64,000 nt of DNA from an uncultured Gammaproteobacteria bacterium (GCA_964629685.1 CAZVTT010000001.1:385319-449318), one strand, 5' to 3'. Shown: positions 9,107 through 20,992, counted from the first letter of the stretch. The notes: a model not told the origin generated them from the letters alone. Program-made: numbers and translations.

Positions 9107-10366
9107 ATGGGTTCAGATAACAAACAGCTCGCTATAGATGCGATTAAAAAAAAATTAGTTGGTAAATCACTGAGTTATCATGAAGTATTTGCCATCATGG
9201 ATGAGATTGCAAATAAACGGTTAGGACCGGTATTAACTACCTATTTTGCGGCAGCGGGTTTTCGTGAGGGATTTTCCGATGAAGAGTTATATTATCTTAC
9301 GAAAGCTATGGTTGAAACCGGACCAAGATTGCATTTTTCAGGAGTGGTAGCCGATAAACACTCTACAGGCGGAATTGCCGGAACCCGTACTACAATGATT
9401 CTGGTTCCTATAGTTGCTGCTGCAGGTTTACAAATTCCTAAAAATTCTTCCCGGGCAATTACTTCACCCTCAGGAACCGCTGACACGATGGAAGTGCTAG
9501 CCCCCGTTACGTTTTCGTTAAAACAGATAGAAAATTTTGTATCAAAAGTAGGCGGCTGTATTGTTTGGGGTGGTCCGTTAGGACTCGCACCTGCGGATGA
9601 TATTATTATAGAGGTTGAGCAACCGTTGGCCTTCGAATCGTTTGATAAAGTAATCGTCTCAATTATGGCTAAAAAAATAGCCTCCGGAGCTACACATGTC
9701 GTTTTTGATATTCCGGTGGGTCCGACGTTAAAAATACAACACTTCAAGGACGCGGAAACGATAGCCAGAAAGTTTTCATACCTTTCTGAACGATTCGGAG
9801 TGAAAGTTGTTCCCGATATTAACGAAATGCGTCAAAATGCCGGGAATGGTATCGGTCCGGTCTTGGAGGCTCGGGATGTGCTTCAAGTATTAGAACAACA
9901 TAAGGATCGTCCTTTGGAGTTAGAAACAAAGGCGCTAAGACTGGCAGGGAAACTGATAGAACTTTGTTACCAGGATATTCCCGGTGTCAAGGGTGTAGCA
10001 GGAGAAGATGTTGCGATAGATATGTTAACATCAGGAAAAGCTCTGGAAAAAATGCATGAAATTATTAAGATACAGGGGGGCGATACCGACAAAACCAGCG
10101 CGGATCTGCATCCGGGAAAACATGTATTTGAAGTAAAAACACACAATGGCGGTCGTATTACTTCAATAAATAATAAACATATCAGTGTCTTATGTCGCAT
10201 TTTGGGTTGTCCTATGGACCAAAGTGCCGGAATGTATCTCAACCGAAAATTGGAAGATGTAGTTGATAAAGGTGATATACTATGTACGCTTTATTCGGGA
10301 GATAAATGGCGTCTTAAGGAAGCAGCGGAAACAGTGAAAAATATGGCGGTTTATATTGTTAAATAG
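9107..10366 (+). CDS. thymidine/AMP phosphorylase family (pyrimidine-nucleoside phosphorylase fold)
   Basis: Phosphate-binding signature DKHSTGGIAGTRTTMILVPIVAAAG and SGTADTMEVL. 419 aa. Confidence 0.8.
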   Translation: MGSDNKQLAIDAIKKKLVGKSLSYHEVFAIMDEIANKRLGPVLTTYFAAAGFREGFSDEELYYLTKAMVETGPRLHFSGVVADKHSTGGIAGTRTTMILVPIVAAAGLQIPKNSSRAITSPSGTADTMEVLAPVTFSLKQIENFVSKVGGCIVWGGPLGLAPADDIIIEVEQPLAFESFDKVIVSIMAKKIASGATHVVFDIPVGPTLKIQHFKDAETIARKFSYLSERFGVKVVPDINEMRQNAGNGIGPVLEARDVLQVLEQHKDRPLELETKALRLAGKLIELCYQDIPGVKGVAGEDVAIDMLTSGKALEKMHEIIKIQGGDTDKTSADLHPGKHVFEVKTHNGGRITSINNKHISVLCRILGCPMDQSAGMYLNRKLEDVVDKGDILCTLYSGDKWRLKEAAETVKNMAVYIVK

Positions 10367-10368
10367 AT

Positions 10369-11355
10369 ATGCCGAATAAACCTCGTACAACATGGGGAGT
10401 AAGAGCTGCGATTTTTATTGTCGTACTACTTCTTTTGGGAGTCGGAAGTTGGGTTTGGTGGAATGACAGCATTGCGCCAGTAGATTCGAACAATACCACT
10501 CCGGAGATATTTGCTATCAGCAGTGGTGAGAGCGTGAGATCAGTTTCGGCACGACTTACGAAAGAAAATTTTATCCGTAGTTCCACAGCGTTTTTCATTT
10601 TAGTAAAGATGATGGGAATTGATAATGCATTACAAGCAGGAGATTTTCGTTTAAACAGAAGTATGAACGCACGAATGGTGGCTGAAGAACTAACTCATGG
10701 AATTGTTGATGTTTGGGTCACGACGCTCGAAGGTTGGAGGATTGACGAAGTAGCTACGAAGTTAGCCAAGGAGTTAGACATTCCGGAGGGGGAATTCTTG
10801 AAAGTGGCGCAGGAAGGCTATATGTTTCCTGATACGTACTTAATTCCGAAGAATGCTACTGCTGGAGCAATAGTACAGCTATTTAAGGATAATTTTGATA
10901 CCAAAGTTACTGCGACAATGCGCAATGATGCGCAAGCTTCCGGATTATCGCTCGACCAAGTGGTTACGTTGGCATCCATTGTCGAACGAGAAGGAAGAAC
11001 AGAGGAAGATAGGCCGGTGATTGCCGGAATATTACTTAAACGGTTAGAAGCAGACTGGCCGTTGCAAACAGACGCGACGTTACAGTATATCAGCGGATAT
11101 CAACCGAACGACAAAACTTGGTGGAAAAAAATTGTAACCAACGCGGATAAAGAGTTGGATTCTCCATATAATACGTATAAGCATACGGGTTTGCCCCCGG
11201 GGCCGATAGCTAATCCCGGTATTTCGTCTATAAGAGCAGTAATTTATCCAAAACAGTCGGAAAATTGGTACTATCTTCACGATCCTTCAGGGGGAGTACA
11301 CTACGCTGTGACGTACGAAGATCATCTTGCAAATATTGCAAAATATTTACAGTAA
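10369..11355 (+). CDS. mltG: endolytic murein transglycosylase MltG/YceG
   Basis: N-terminal TM, a YceG domain with QTDATLQY and the conserved catalytic region. Length and architecture match MltG. Confidence 0.8.
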   Translation: MPNKPRTTWGVRAAIFIVVLLLLGVGSWVWWNDSIAPVDSNNTTPEIFAISSGESVRSVSARLTKENFIRSSTAFFILVKMMGIDNALQAGDFRLNRSMNARMVAEELTHGIVDVWVTTLEGWRIDEVATKLAKELDIPEGEFLKVAQEGYMFPDTYLIPKNATAGAIVQLFKDNFDTKVTATMRNDAQASGLSLDQVVTLASIVEREGRTEEDRPVIAGILLKRLEADWPLQTDATLQYISGYQPNDKTWWKKIVTNADKELDSPYNTYKHTGLPPGPIANPGISSIRAVIYPKQSENWYYLHDPSGGVHYAVTYEDHLANIAKYLQ

Positions 11356-11368
11356 AAAGGAGCGCTGT

Positions 11369-11971
11369 ATGAAACAATTTGTCATGGAATTTATCGGTAC
11401 TTTTTTTCTGGTATTGGTAATTGCTTTATCAGGAAATCCTTTAGCCATCGGATTTGTACTAATGGCTCTAGTATATATGGGAGGATATGTTTCAGGTGCA
11501 CACTACAATCCGGCAGTAACACTTGCCATTTGGCTTCAAGGAAAGCTGTCTGCGCGAAAAGCGGTCATATATGGCATATTTCAGCTTTTGGGCGGAACTG
11601 CTGCAGCATTAACGGCAAATACGGTAAACGATATGCGTTTTGCACCTTCACCCGGCGCCGGTATGTTATTCCCTATTGCGTTCATTGTTGAATTGTTGGG
11701 AACTTTTCTGCTTTCCTTAGTTGTCTTGCACGTATCGGTTGCAGAAAAGAATAAAAATAATCAATTTTATGGATTTGCTATCGGTGGAACAGTACTGGCG
11801 TTAGCATTTGCCGGTGGTGCCGTTTCCGGTGGTGTGTATAACCCTGCTGTTGGTGTTGGCCCCATTATGGTAAGTGGTGGCTTATCGATGGCCAATATAT
11901 TGTTGTATATCTTAGGACCATTCAGTGGCGCAGCGTTAGCAGGACTCTTGTTCCGTTGGTTCCAAAAATAG
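11369..11971 (+). CDS. MIP-family channel (aquaporin/glycerol facilitator)
   Basis: Two NPA boxes (HYNPAVTLA and VYNPAVGVG) and six predicted TM segments. AAAAAGGAG RBS before the ATG at 11369. Confidence 0.85.
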   Translation: MKQFVMEFIGTFFLVLVIALSGNPLAIGFVLMALVYMGGYVSGAHYNPAVTLAIWLQGKLSARKAVIYGIFQLLGGTAAALTANTVNDMRFAPSPGAGMLFPIAFIVELLGTFLLSLVVLHVSVAEKNKNNQFYGFAIGGTVLALAFAGGAVSGGVYNPAVGVGPIMVSGGLSMANILLYILGPFSGAALAGLLFRWFQK

Positions 11972-11989
11972 TAAGTTGCATGACTATCT

Positions 11990-12820
11990 ATGGCTAAGGA
12001 TAAATACACAGCAGTCTGGGTGTCACACTCTTCTATGAGCGATTATCTCCGTTGTCCCCGTTCGTACTATTTAAAAAATATATACCGGGATCCTAAGAAT
12101 AATCGAAAAATGACGGTAATGCAGCCAGCACTGGCATTAGGGCAAGCAGTTCACGAGGTAATCGAATCCCTATCTAAGTTGCCGGTGGAAGAGCGTTGGC
12201 AGGAAAACCTCGTAGTTAAATATGAACGGACATGGACTAAATTAAGCGGGAAATTAGGGGGGTTTAAGGACGTAACACAGGAAGAAGAATATAAAGAAAA
12301 AGGCCGGGGGATGATTTCCCGGATTGTATCCAATCCTGGTCCACTGGCAAATAAAGCCATTAAGATTCGTCAGGAACTGCCGTATTATTGGCTTTCGGAG
12401 GAAGATAATATAATTCTTTGCGGTAAAATTGATTGGTTGGAGTATCTGGAATCATCAGATAGCGTTCATATTATAGATTTTAAAACCGGAAAATTTGATG
12501 AAGATCCCGATTCGCTCCAGCTTCCGATTTATTATTTACTTGTGACCCATTGTCAATCCAGAACCGTAAGTAAGGTAAGTTATTGGTATTTGGAGAGGGA
12601 TAATTCACCCGTATCGTTGGCTATACCCACCGAAGAGGATGCGTATAAACGCATTATGGAAGTTGCTAAAAAAATTCAGTTAGCCAGAAAGCTTGAACAT
12701 TTTAAATGTCCCCGTTCAGAAGGTTGTATGTTTTGTCGCCCGTTAGAACAAGTTCTCGCAGGCAAAGCCGAACATGTGGGTATAAATGAATACGGAGCCG
12801 ATGTCTTTATATTAGGATAG
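11990..12820 (+). CDS. PD-(D/E)XK nuclease with Fe-S cysteines (Cas4/RecB-nuclease-like)
   Basis: N-terminal CPRS Cys plus a C-terminal CPRSEGCMFC triad, the Cas4/AddB-type 4Fe-4S pattern. Nuclease core GKIDWLE ... IIDFKTGK. Confidence 0.65.
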   Translation: MAKDKYTAVWVSHSSMSDYLRCPRSYYLKNIYRDPKNNRKMTVMQPALALGQAVHEVIESLSKLPVEERWQENLVVKYERTWTKLSGKLGGFKDVTQEEEYKEKGRGMISRIVSNPGPLANKAIKIRQELPYYWLSEEDNIILCGKIDWLEYLESSDSVHIIDFKTGKFDEDPDSLQLPIYYLLVTHCQSRTVSKVSYWYLERDNSPVSLAIPTEEDAYKRIMEVAKKIQLARKLEHFKCPRSEGCMFCRPLEQVLAGKAEHVGINEYGADVFILG

Positions 12821-12821
12821 T

Positions 12822-13715
12822 ATGTCCAGGAAGCTGCTCATTGTTGGTATTTTATGTATTAGTTTCGCTGCTTTTTTTGTCGGTATTATTACCACTGGCG
12901 CGTTGGATTCAGCTTTGAATCCGATGATTAATACCATTTTCTTCGGAGAGAACGAACAGTTAAGAACTATAGCAACGGTTGCCAAACTTGATTCGGCAAT
13001 TCCCATAGGCAGACAGGTGCGCGATGACGATGTGGTTGCCTATGAGGCTACCAGGCATATACTTTCGGCACAGGAAAATGAAGTTGTAGCGTCTTGGTTT
13101 AAAGGAAAAAATATCGAGCTTATAGGAGTAAAGAAAGCACCACAGGAAATGTACGATGTTGGACTGGATCAGACGAAGGATGTTGTGGATATAATTACTA
13201 TTCCCGGAGTATGGGAAGTCTATGCTGCATTGCAGAAACTCCCAGCGGGTCAGTTAGAGTTACTTAATGGTAAAGCAATTTATGTTTCCGCGGCTGCGGG
13301 TAGGCCGTATACCGTTATCAAGGGTGATGCTGGAGGGGTGCTTCATCAGGTAAAAGCCGGATTTATCCAAACGCAACCGATATCAAAAGATAGTGTGCTC
13401 CGTGAAATGGCTCATATTATTACGTTCCATGGTATTGAAGGGGTGGGTGATGAAACACATGAACCTCTGGTCAAGCTTATGGATGAATATTCACGGCTTT
13501 TCGATATTGGCGACAAAACATATAAGCCGGGTGAAGTACCCAATGGTTTCATAAGTGCTTACGCCACTCAGAGTAGAGCAGATAATTTTGCGGAACACTT
13601 CCGATACTATGTGCTTAAGGCAGATATATTTAGAGGGAAAGCTTCAGATGATGCTGATCTCGCCAGGAAATATATATTTTTCCGAGATCGGTTGTTTGAT
13701 GGAAAAGAGTATTAG
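12822..13715 (+). CDS. membrane-anchored hypothetical protein, possible metal-dependent hydrolase
   Basis: Signal/TM anchor then a soluble domain. His/Glu cluster REMAHIITFHGIEGVGDETHE. Starts 1 nt after the upstream nuclease stop, suggesting translational coupling. Confidence 0.45.
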   Translation: MSRKLLIVGILCISFAAFFVGIITTGALDSALNPMINTIFFGENEQLRTIATVAKLDSAIPIGRQVRDDDVVAYEATRHILSAQENEVVASWFKGKNIELIGVKKAPQEMYDVGLDQTKDVVDIITIPGVWEVYAALQKLPAGQLELLNGKAIYVSAAAGRPYTVIKGDAGGVLHQVKAGFIQTQPISKDSVLREMAHIITFHGIEGVGDETHEPLVKLMDEYSRLFDIGDKTYKPGEVPNGFISAYATQSRADNFAEHFRYYVLKADIFRGKASDDADLARKYIFFRDRLFDGKEY

Positions 13716-13758
13716 ATTGAGTAGGTTTTGTTATAAAGGTTTCCTGTTCAAATCCTGC

Positions 13759-13786
13759 TTGACATATTTTGTAAATGACGTATAAT
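13759..13786 (+). promoter_or_regulatory. consensus sigma70-type promoter upstream of rpoB
   Basis: TTGACA-N16-TATAAT, both hexamers perfect. Confidence 0.55.
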
Positions 13787-13810
13787 TCAGAAAGTTGAAT
13801 ATTTAAGAAA

Positions 13811-13840
13811 GGCGAACGTTCATTGTTCGCTTCTTTTTTT
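13811..13840 (+). terminator. intrinsic-terminator-like hairpin in rpoB leader (attenuator candidate)
   Basis: GCGAAC-GTTCATT-GTTCGC stem-loop followed by TTCTTTTTTT. It lies about 25 nt after the promoter and 38 nt before the rpoB ATG. Confidence 0.5.
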
Positions 13841-13878
13841 CGTGTATTTATTGGAAACCACGAAAGGACTCATACAAA

Positions 13879-16800
13879 ATGGCTAAAGATGGAGTTATTC
13901 AAACACGACAGTACTGGGGAAAACATTATCCCGATTTACCTCAATTTGATCTTACTTTAGTACAAAGAGAATCATATCAATGGTTTCTAGAACACGGAAT
14001 TAAAGAATTACTGAGCGAAGTATCTCCCATTACCGATTTTACCGGTAAAAATTGGCAATTATCATTTGGTGATTATTTTTTTGGTAAAGCCCGCCTGACA
14101 CCTTCAGTAGCACTAGAAAAGGGCCTGACGTTTGATATCCCCCTGAAAGTTACCGCAACTCTTGTAAATAAACAAAACGGACAGCACGTTACCCAAGAGG
14201 TATTTTTGGGTGATATTCCCGCCATGACTGCCAACGGCACTTTCATTATTAACGGAATAGAACGTTGCGTCGTAAATCAATTGGTTCGATCTCCGGGTAT
14301 TTATTTCACCGGTCAGGTTGATACCGCAACCGGACGAACATTATATGGTGCGGAAATCCGGCCAATGCACGGGAGCTGGTTAGAATTTATAGTTACCCGA
14401 AATGACGTACTTATGGTTCGTATTGACCGTCGCAGAAAATTTGTGGCAACGACGTTCCTGCGTGCCATAGGATATTCCACGAATGAAGAAATAATCCGTT
14501 TATTTGCTGACCTTGATCCTGATCATAAATATCTGGAAGCTACGTTAGCTAAAGATCCGACAACAAGTCAGACGGAAGCAACGTTGGAGCTTTATCGGAA
14601 ATTACGTCCCGGTGAACCGATAGTACTGGAGAACGCGCAGGAATTGTTGCGAACTATGTTCTTTGATGTACGACGGTATAGTCTTGAGCGAGTCGGTCGT
14701 TACAAGATGAATAAAAAATTGAACATTAACGTTCCGAATACCAAAGAAAATTGGGTATTAACCAAAGACGATATCGTTGGAAGTATCCGTTTCCTGATTC
14801 AGGTATGTAAGGGTCAGGGTGATGTGGATGATATTGATCATTTGGGCAATCGACGTGTTCGTCGGGTAGGCGAATTGGTGGCTACAAATGCATTCCGTGT
14901 AGGGTTACTGCGGTTGGAACGCTCAGTACGAGAAAAAATGAGCTTAGCAGGTCCCACCGCCATTGATCTGACTCCGGCGCAGTTAGTAAATGCCCGACCT
15001 ATTATTGCAGCGATAAACGATTTCTTCCGTACCAGCCAATTGTCGACTATCCTTGATCAAACTAATCCTTTGGCGGAAGTAGATAATTTGCGACGGTTAA
15101 CGGTAATGGGAATTGGCGGAATTTCCCGTGAACGTGCTTCATTTTCTATCCGGGATATTAACGCCTCGCAATACGGACGTATCTGTCCTGTAAGAAGCCC
15201 GGAGGGACCAAATATCGGTTTGGTTACGTATCTATCAATGTATTCCAGAATTAACGAATATGGCTTTCTGGAATCCCCCTACAGGAAAGTCGAAAAAATA
15301 GAAAAAGGTGGTACGGTAAAAATGCACGTTACAGATGAAATGGTGTACCTCTCTGCAGACGATGAGCAGACGCATTATGTTACTCATGCCGAGGTTGGCG
15401 TAGACGATCAAGGCTATATAACCCCCGAACGTATTCCTGTTCGGTATAAAGGGGAATTTTTGGAAGCAGACGCAAATGTTGCGGAATATATTGATATAGT
15501 ACCACGTCAAGTCGTAGGCGCTCCGGCTTCTATGATTCCATTTCTGGCTCACGATGAAGCCAACCGGGCACTGATGGGTACGCACATGCAATGTCAGGCA
15601 GTTCCTCTTCTGCGTCCGGAAAGTCCGGTTGTAGGGACAGGTATGGAAGGGCCGATTGCATTTTCTATGGGTAGGGTCATTCGGGCGAAAGAAGACACGG
15701 TTATTACGTATGCAGACGGAAATATGGTTATTATTGAGGATAAAAATAACCAAAAGGAAACGTTCACCGTAGAAAAATTTAAACGATCTGCCCAATCTAC
15801 CAGTTACAATCAAAAAGTTTTAGTTCGAACTGGAGAAAAAGTAAAGAAGGATCAAGTGTTAATTGATGGGCCGGCCTGTGAAGATGGTGAACTGGCTTTG
15901 GGTACGAATTTGGTTATTGCGTATATGAGCTATGACGGTTTGGGATATGAAGACGCAATTGTAATATCTGACCGTTTAGTAAAACAGGATCTGTTAACTT
16001 CAGTAAATATTGAAGAATACGAAGCAAGTGTGGTGGATACCAAGCTTGGACCGGAAGAAACCACGCGAGATATTCCGAATGTAGGGGAAGAAGCTCTGCG
16101 CAATTTGGACAAGGACGGTATTATTGTTGTCGGCGCAGAAGTAAGTCCTAACGATATCCTGGTCGGAAAAATTGCACCTAAGGGTGAAACGGAACTTACT
16201 GCAGAAGAGCGGTTGTTACGGGCAATTTTTGGAGAAAAAGCTCGGGAAGTTCGTGACACCAGTCTCAGAATGCCACATGGTGAAAGAGGTACCGTTATTG
16301 ACGTAAAAATTCTCGACAAAGAGAAGGGTGATGAGCTTGAACCAGGAACCAATCGAAAGATTATTGTGAAGGTCGCCCAAATCCGTAAAGTAGTGGTGGG
16401 AGATAAATTAGCCGGACGTCACGGAAATAAAGGGGTTATTTCCAAAATTGTTCCGCAGGCAGATATGCCATACTCGGAAGACGGAACCGCTGTCGATATT
16501 ATTATTTCGCCATTGTCAGTACTATCCCGTATGAATTTGGGACAATTACTTGAATCTCATTTGGGTTTGGCGGCAATGAAAATGAATACAAAAGTTGCAC
16601 TTCCGGTATTTGAACATGTATCCGAAAAACGGATGGTAGATATGTTGCGGGATGCAAACTTACCGGTAAATGGTAAAAGTACCCTTTACGATGGACGTAC
16701 CGGAGAAGCATTTTCTGAGCCTGTGGTAGTCGGCGTCGGATATATAATGAAGCTGATTCACATGGTTGAAGACAAGACGCATGCCCGTTCGACAGGTCCG

Positions 16801-17250
16801 TACTCACTCGTTACACAACAACCATTGGGTGGTAAAGCACAAATGGGTGGACAAAGGTTGGGAGAAATGGAAGTATGGGCACTTGAATCACATCGGGCTG
16901 CTCATATTCTGCAGGAAATGTTAACGATTAAGTCCGATGACGTAGTCGGTAGGGCAAAGGCATTCGAAGCAATTGTTAAAGGTATAGATATTCCTGAATC
17001 AACGGTACCTGAATCATTCAAGGTATTGGTGAAAGAACTGCAAGCGCTCGGATTAAACGTTGTACCGACAGGAGCCGTGACAAGTTCAGCTTTACCCGTA
17101 GTTCCGACAGCTGACGCAGCGGCGCAGGAGGAAGCGGTGCAAAAAGAAGCAGCAGAAATAGCAAAAGCCAGTGGAGAGGAAATTGTTGCTGATGCAGCAA
17201 CCAGTACAGGCGTTGAGGCAACGACAGGAGAACCACATGCAACCGAATGA
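13879..17250 (+). CDS. rpoB: DNA-directed RNA polymerase beta subunit
   Basis: Full-length RpoB homology with [17 protein letters not shown] and [31 protein letters not shown]. Confidence 0.95.
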   Translation: MAKDGVIQTRQYWGKHYPDLPQFDLTLVQRESYQWFLEHGIKELLSEVSPITDFTGKNWQLSFGDYFFGKARLTPSVALEKGLTFDIPLKVTATLVNKQNGQHVTQEVFLGDIPAMTANGTFIINGIERCVVNQLVRSPGIYFTGQVDTATGRTLYGAEIRPMHGSWLEFIVTRNDVLMVRIDRRRKFVATTFLRAIGYSTNEEIIRLFADLDPDHKYLEATLAKDPTTSQTEATLELYRKLRPGEPIVLENAQELLRTMFFDVRRYSLERVGRYKMNKKLNINVPNTKENWVLTKDDIVGSIRFLIQVCKGQGDVDDIDHLGNRRVRRVGELVATNAFRVGLLRLERSVREKMSLAGPTAIDLTPAQLVNARPIIAAINDFFRTSQLSTILDQTNPLAEVDNLRRLTVMGIGGISRERASFSIRDINASQYGRICPVRSPEGPNIGLVTYLSMYSRINEYGFLESPYRKVEKIEKGGTVKMHVTDEMVYLSADDEQTHYVTHAEVGVDDQGYITPERIPVRYKGEFLEADANVAEYIDIVPRQVVGAPASMIPFLAHDEANRALMGTHMQCQAVPLLRPESPVVGTGMEGPIAFSMGRVIRAKEDTVITYADGNMVIIEDKNNQKETFTVEKFKRSAQSTSYNQKVLVRTGEKVKKDQVLIDGPACEDGELALGTNLVIAYMSYDGLGYEDAIVISDRLVKQDLLTSVNIEEYEASVVDTKLGPEETTRDIPNVGEEALRNLDKDGIIVVGAEVSPNDILVGKIAPKGETELTAEERLLRAIFGEKAREVRDTSLRMPHGERGTVIDVKILDKEKGDELEPGTNRKIIVKVAQIRKVVVGDKLAGRHGNKGVISKIVPQADMPYSEDGTAVDIIISPLSVLSRMNLGQLLESHLGLAAMKMNTKVALPVFEHVSEKRMVDMLRDANLPVNGKSTLYDGRTGEAFSEPVVVGVGYIMKLIHMVEDKTHARSTGPYSLVTQQPLGGKAQMGGQRLGEMEVWALESHRAAHILQEMLTIKSDDVVGRAKAFEAIVKGIDIPESTVPESFKVLVKELQALGLNVVPTGAVTSSALPVVPTADAAAQEEAVQKEAAEIAKASGEEIVADAATSTGVEATTGEPHATE

Positions 17251-20200
17251 CAGAACCATAACCATGGATAAAAAAGGTAATTTTGCGAACATAGTAGATT
17301 TTTCTGGATTGAAAATTACATTGGCTTCGCCAGATGAAATTAAATCCTGGTCGTATGGTGAAGTAACCAAGCCGGAAACTATTAATTATCGAACGCTCAA
17401 GCCGGAAAAAGATGGTTTATTTGATGAAAGAATATTCGGACCGACAAAAGATTGGGAATGTTACTGTGGTAAATATAAACGGATCCGTTACCGAGGAATT
17501 ATTTGTGATAAATGTGGCGTAGAAGTAACGCAAAGTAAAGTGCGTCGTGAACGGATGGGTCACATTACTCTTGCAGCACCTGTTGCTCATGTGTGGTTCT
17601 TTAAGGGAGCTCCATCTAAACTTTCATTATTGTTGGATATGAGTCCCCGGGCACTCGAAGGTGTAATTTATTTTGCCCAATACTTGGTTACTCATGTAGA
17701 CGAAGATAAAAAGGCAGAGGTATTACAGAAGTTAGCCGAAACCGGAGAAGAGCGAATCGCCGAAGTAGAGAAACGATTTAAAGAAGACAAAAAGCGGAAA
17801 GAAGATCAATTCGGTCAGGAAAAAGATGAGTTAAAAAAACGGGTTAACGGTAAGGAAGCTGCTGACATGGTGTTAAGCGAGCTGACTTTAAAAGAACGGC
17901 AAGAATTGATTCAACTTGAGTCTCAATTGTCGGAAGAACGTGAGAAAATTAAAGAAATTGTTGATTGGTTAACAAATACTGTTAAAAGTATCCGTACACT
18001 AACTACATTAACCGAAGATGAATTTCTGCGCTTATTCGAATATGATGCCGCTGGATGTTTTTCCGTTGGTATGGGTGCGGAAGCTGTTATGGAAGTAATC
18101 AAGGATATAAACCTTGATAAGGTAGCCGCTGAACTAAGAGATGAAATTTCAAAAACAACCGGTCAACGACATATTAAAGCCACAAAGCGATTAAGAGTCG
18201 TTGATGGAATGCGAAAAGCTAAACTCGATTCCATTTGGACTATTCTGAAATATCTTCCGGTTATCCCTCCTGACTTGCGTCCTATGGTACAGCTTACCGG
18301 TGGCCGGTTTGCTACCAGCGATTTAAATGATTTATATCGCCGGGTTATCAACCGAAACAACCGGTTAAAGCATCTTATGGATTTAGGAGCACCGGAAATT
18401 ATTCTCCGGAATGAAAAGCGAATGTTGCAAGAGGCGGTAGATAGTCTTATTGATGCGACACAACGACCATCCTCCCGTACAGTTATAGCTCCATTGCGTT
18501 CATTGTCCGATATGCTGCGCGGTAAACAGGGACGATTCCGGCAGAATTTGCTGGGAAAACGAGTCGATTACTCAGGTCGTTCAGTCATCGTTGTAGGGCC
18601 GGAATTGAACTTGACACAATGTGGATTACCAAAAGAGATGGCGTTGGAAATGTTTAAACCATTCGTACTTAGAGAGCTTATTGTTCGTGGAATTGCTCCG
18701 AACGTAAAGAATGCTAAAAATGTACTCGAACGACGTACGCCGGAAGTATTCGATATTTTGGAAGAAATTACCAAAAATCATCCAGTATTGTTAAATCGAG
18801 CTCCCACATTGCATAAATTGGGTATTCAAGCGTTCTATCCTATCCTAATTGAAGGTGCAGCTATTAAGATTCATCCGTGTGTTTGTGCCGGATACAATGC
18901 TGACTTTGACGGAGATCAGATGGCCGTTCACATACCTTTGTCCAAAGAAAGCCAACACGAAGCTATTCATCTGATGTTGCCGACACATAACTTGTTAAAA
19001 CCGGCAGATGGTTCACCCATCACCGTTCCTAATAAGGAAATGGTTTTAGGCTGTTACTACATCACTTCAGTGGATATTACCCTTGAAGGTAAAACAGACA
19101 ATGAATTAAAGCATTTTGCTGATGAAGCAGACGCAATTTCTGCCTATCAGAATAATGTTGTTAAATTGCGTGAGCCTATCCGAGTCCGTATTTTAGGAGA
19201 ATTATTGACAACGACTGTCGGCAAAGTCATGTTTAATGAAATTTTGCCGGAGCACCTCCGCTATATGAATACACCGGTAAAGGCGGCAACGGTTAAGTCT
19301 ATTATTACCAAAGCGTTAACCTTGTATCCGAAAGAAGATGTGGTAGTGCTAATCGACGCTATTAAGAATATCGGATTTTGGGGAGCAAGTTACTGTGGCG
19401 GTCTTTCAGTTTCGGTGTTTGACAATGAAATGGTAGCCGACAAAGGAACATTAATTGCCGAATCAGAGAAGAAAGTGAAGGAAGTCGATCAAAATTATCA
19501 ACAGGGATTCATTACCCTGGAAGAAAAGAAACGGCTGTCAAATGAAGTCTGGATTGAAATTACAGAACGACTGGCCGATTTAACTTGGCAGCAGATGAAA
19601 GCAAACAATCCTGTAAAAATGATTATCGACTCAGGTGGTGCACGTGCATCAAAAGATCAATTAAAGCAATTATGTGCTATTAAGGGGTTGGTTGTTGATC
19701 CGCTCGGAAAAATTGTGGAATTGCCAACAAAGAGTAATTATCGTGAAGGACTTTCCATATTTGAATACGTAACCAGCACTCGTGGTTCACGTAAAGGTCT
19801 TACCGATTCAGCACTTAAGACGGCTGACGCAGGATATCTGACTCGTCGTTTAGTAGACGTGTCTCATGATGCCATTATCCGTATAGACGATTGTGGTAGC
19901 ACTGAAGGTTGGGATGTAAATCGTTCAGAAGACAGACAGGCATCGTTTGCCAGTCGGTTAATGGGCCGGTTTGCAGCACAAGATGTGATAGCTCCCGACA
20001 CGAACAAAGTGTTGGTCGCAGCTGGTGAAGAAATAACGGAAGAGAACATGAAGTCTATTGATAGTCATGACGTGCAGACGGTTATAATCCGTTCACCTAT
20101 CGCCTGTATGGCTCCGGTCGGACTATGTGCCAAATGCTATGGTCGGGATTTCTCGACCGGACAGATTGTAGAAAGCGGAACTCCGGCAGGAGTTGTAGCA

Positions 20201-20992
20201 GCTCAGTCTATCGGTGAACCCGGTACGCAGCTAACCATGCGTGTCCGTCATGCCGGAGGTATCGTCGGACTAGACGTTACGCAAGGACTTCCGCGGGTAG
20301 AAGAGTTATTTGAAGCTCGTACCCCTCGTGTTCTTTCACCTATTTCGGAAATTGCTGGTAAGTTAGAAGTAACGGAAACTGAACAGGGATACAAAGTTCG
20401 GGTTCGGAATACGGACATCAAGCCGGTGGAAGAAAAAGAATATACGATTCCGTTAACATCAGAGCTCCGGGTTAAAGACGGAGATTTGGTTGCGGCAGGT
20501 GATCAACTTGCCAGCGGAAATCTGGATTTGAAAGAAGTATTACAAATCCGTGGACTTCGTGGAGCCCAAAAATATTTGGTAACCGAAATTCAGCGCGTAT
20601 ATGAATCACAAGGAATTACCATCAATGACAAGCATTTTGAAGTTATTATCCGAAAAATGAGTGAAAAAGTTCGGGTTGATACTTCCGGTGACACCATTCT
20701 TTTGCCAGGTGAACTCGTAGATAAGGTAAGATTCCAGCAAGAGAACGGAAGAGTGTTAGCTGAAGGTGGAGAACCGGCGACAGCACAGGTGATAATTCTG
20801 GGTATTACCAGAGCGTCATTATTTACCGAGTCATGGCTGTCCGCGGCATCATTCCAGGAAACCACGAATGTGTTAACCGACGCAGCATTGGCCGGTAAAG
20901 AAGACAAGTTGCTAGGATTGAAAGAAAACGTTATAATCGGACGACTGATTCCGGTATCTCCGGATCGGGCCCGCATTGTACCGACAGTATAA
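17237..20992 (+). CDS. rpoC: DNA-directed RNA polymerase beta-prime subunit
   Basis: Zinc finger [21 protein letters not shown], catalytic NADFDGDQM and trigger loop. Start chosen at the ATG at 17237 with AGGAG RBS 6 nt upstream, overlapping the rpoB stop. Confidence 0.95.
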   Translation: MQPNDRTITMDKKGNFANIVDFSGLKITLASPDEIKSWSYGEVTKPETINYRTLKPEKDGLFDERIFGPTKDWECYCGKYKRIRYRGIICDKCGVEVTQSKVRRERMGHITLAAPVAHVWFFKGAPSKLSLLLDMSPRALEGVIYFAQYLVTHVDEDKKAEVLQKLAETGEERIAEVEKRFKEDKKRKEDQFGQEKDELKKRVNGKEAADMVLSELTLKERQELIQLESQLSEEREKIKEIVDWLTNTVKSIRTLTTLTEDEFLRLFEYDAAGCFSVGMGAEAVMEVIKDINLDKVAAELRDEISKTTGQRHIKATKRLRVVDGMRKAKLDSIWTILKYLPVIPPDLRPMVQLTGGRFATSDLNDLYRRVINRNNRLKHLMDLGAPEIILRNEKRMLQEAVDSLIDATQRPSSRTVIAPLRSLSDMLRGKQGRFRQNLLGKRVDYSGRSVIVVGPELNLTQCGLPKEMALEMFKPFVLRELIVRGIAPNVKNAKNVLERRTPEVFDILEEITKNHPVLLNRAPTLHKLGIQAFYPILIEGAAIKIHPCVCAGYNADFDGDQMAVHIPLSKESQHEAIHLMLPTHNLLKPADGSPITVPNKEMVLGCYYITSVDITLEGKTDNELKHFADEADAISAYQNNVVKLREPIRVRILGELLTTTVGKVMFNEILPEHLRYMNTPVKAATVKSIITKALTLYPKEDVVVLIDAIKNIGFWGASYCGGLSVSVFDNEMVADKGTLIAESEKKVKEVDQNYQQGFITLEEKKRLSNEVWIEITERLADLTWQQMKANNPVKMIIDSGGARASKDQLKQLCAIKGLVVDPLGKIVELPTKSNYREGLSIFEYVTSTRGSRKGLTDSALKTADAGYLTRRLVDVSHDAIIRIDDCGSTEGWDVNRSEDRQASFASRLMGRFAAQDVIAPDTNKVLVAAGEEITEENMKSIDSHDVQTVIIRSPIACMAPVGLCAKCYGRDFSTGQIVESGTPAGVVAAQSIGEPGTQLTMRVRHAGGIVGLDVTQGLPRVEELFEARTPRVLSPISEIAGKLEVTETEQGYKVRVRNTDIKPVEEKEYTIPLTSELRVKDGDLVAAGDQLASGNLDLKEVLQIRGLRGAQKYLVTEIQRVYESQGITINDKHFEVIIRKMSEKVRVDTSGDTILLPGELVDKVRFQQENGRVLAEGGEPATAQVIILGITRASLFTESWLSAASFQETTNVLTDAALAGKEDKLLGLKENVIIGRLIPVSPDRARIVPTV

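Noticed and set aside
11990-12820. CRISPR-Cas locus suggested by the Cas4-like nuclease
   Set aside because: No repeat-spacer array and no other cas genes are anywhere in the 64 kb window. A solitary Cas4-family nuclease is insufficient evidence.
15235-16352. Minus-strand ORFs of 192 and 140 aa inside rpoB, and similar antisense ORFs inside rpoC, alaS, rplB/rpsS, secY, recA and rny
   Set aside because: They are fully embedded antisense to strongly conserved genes. They are low-complexity or Cys/Ser-rich translations typical of shadow ORFs in AT-rich DNA and have no RBS.
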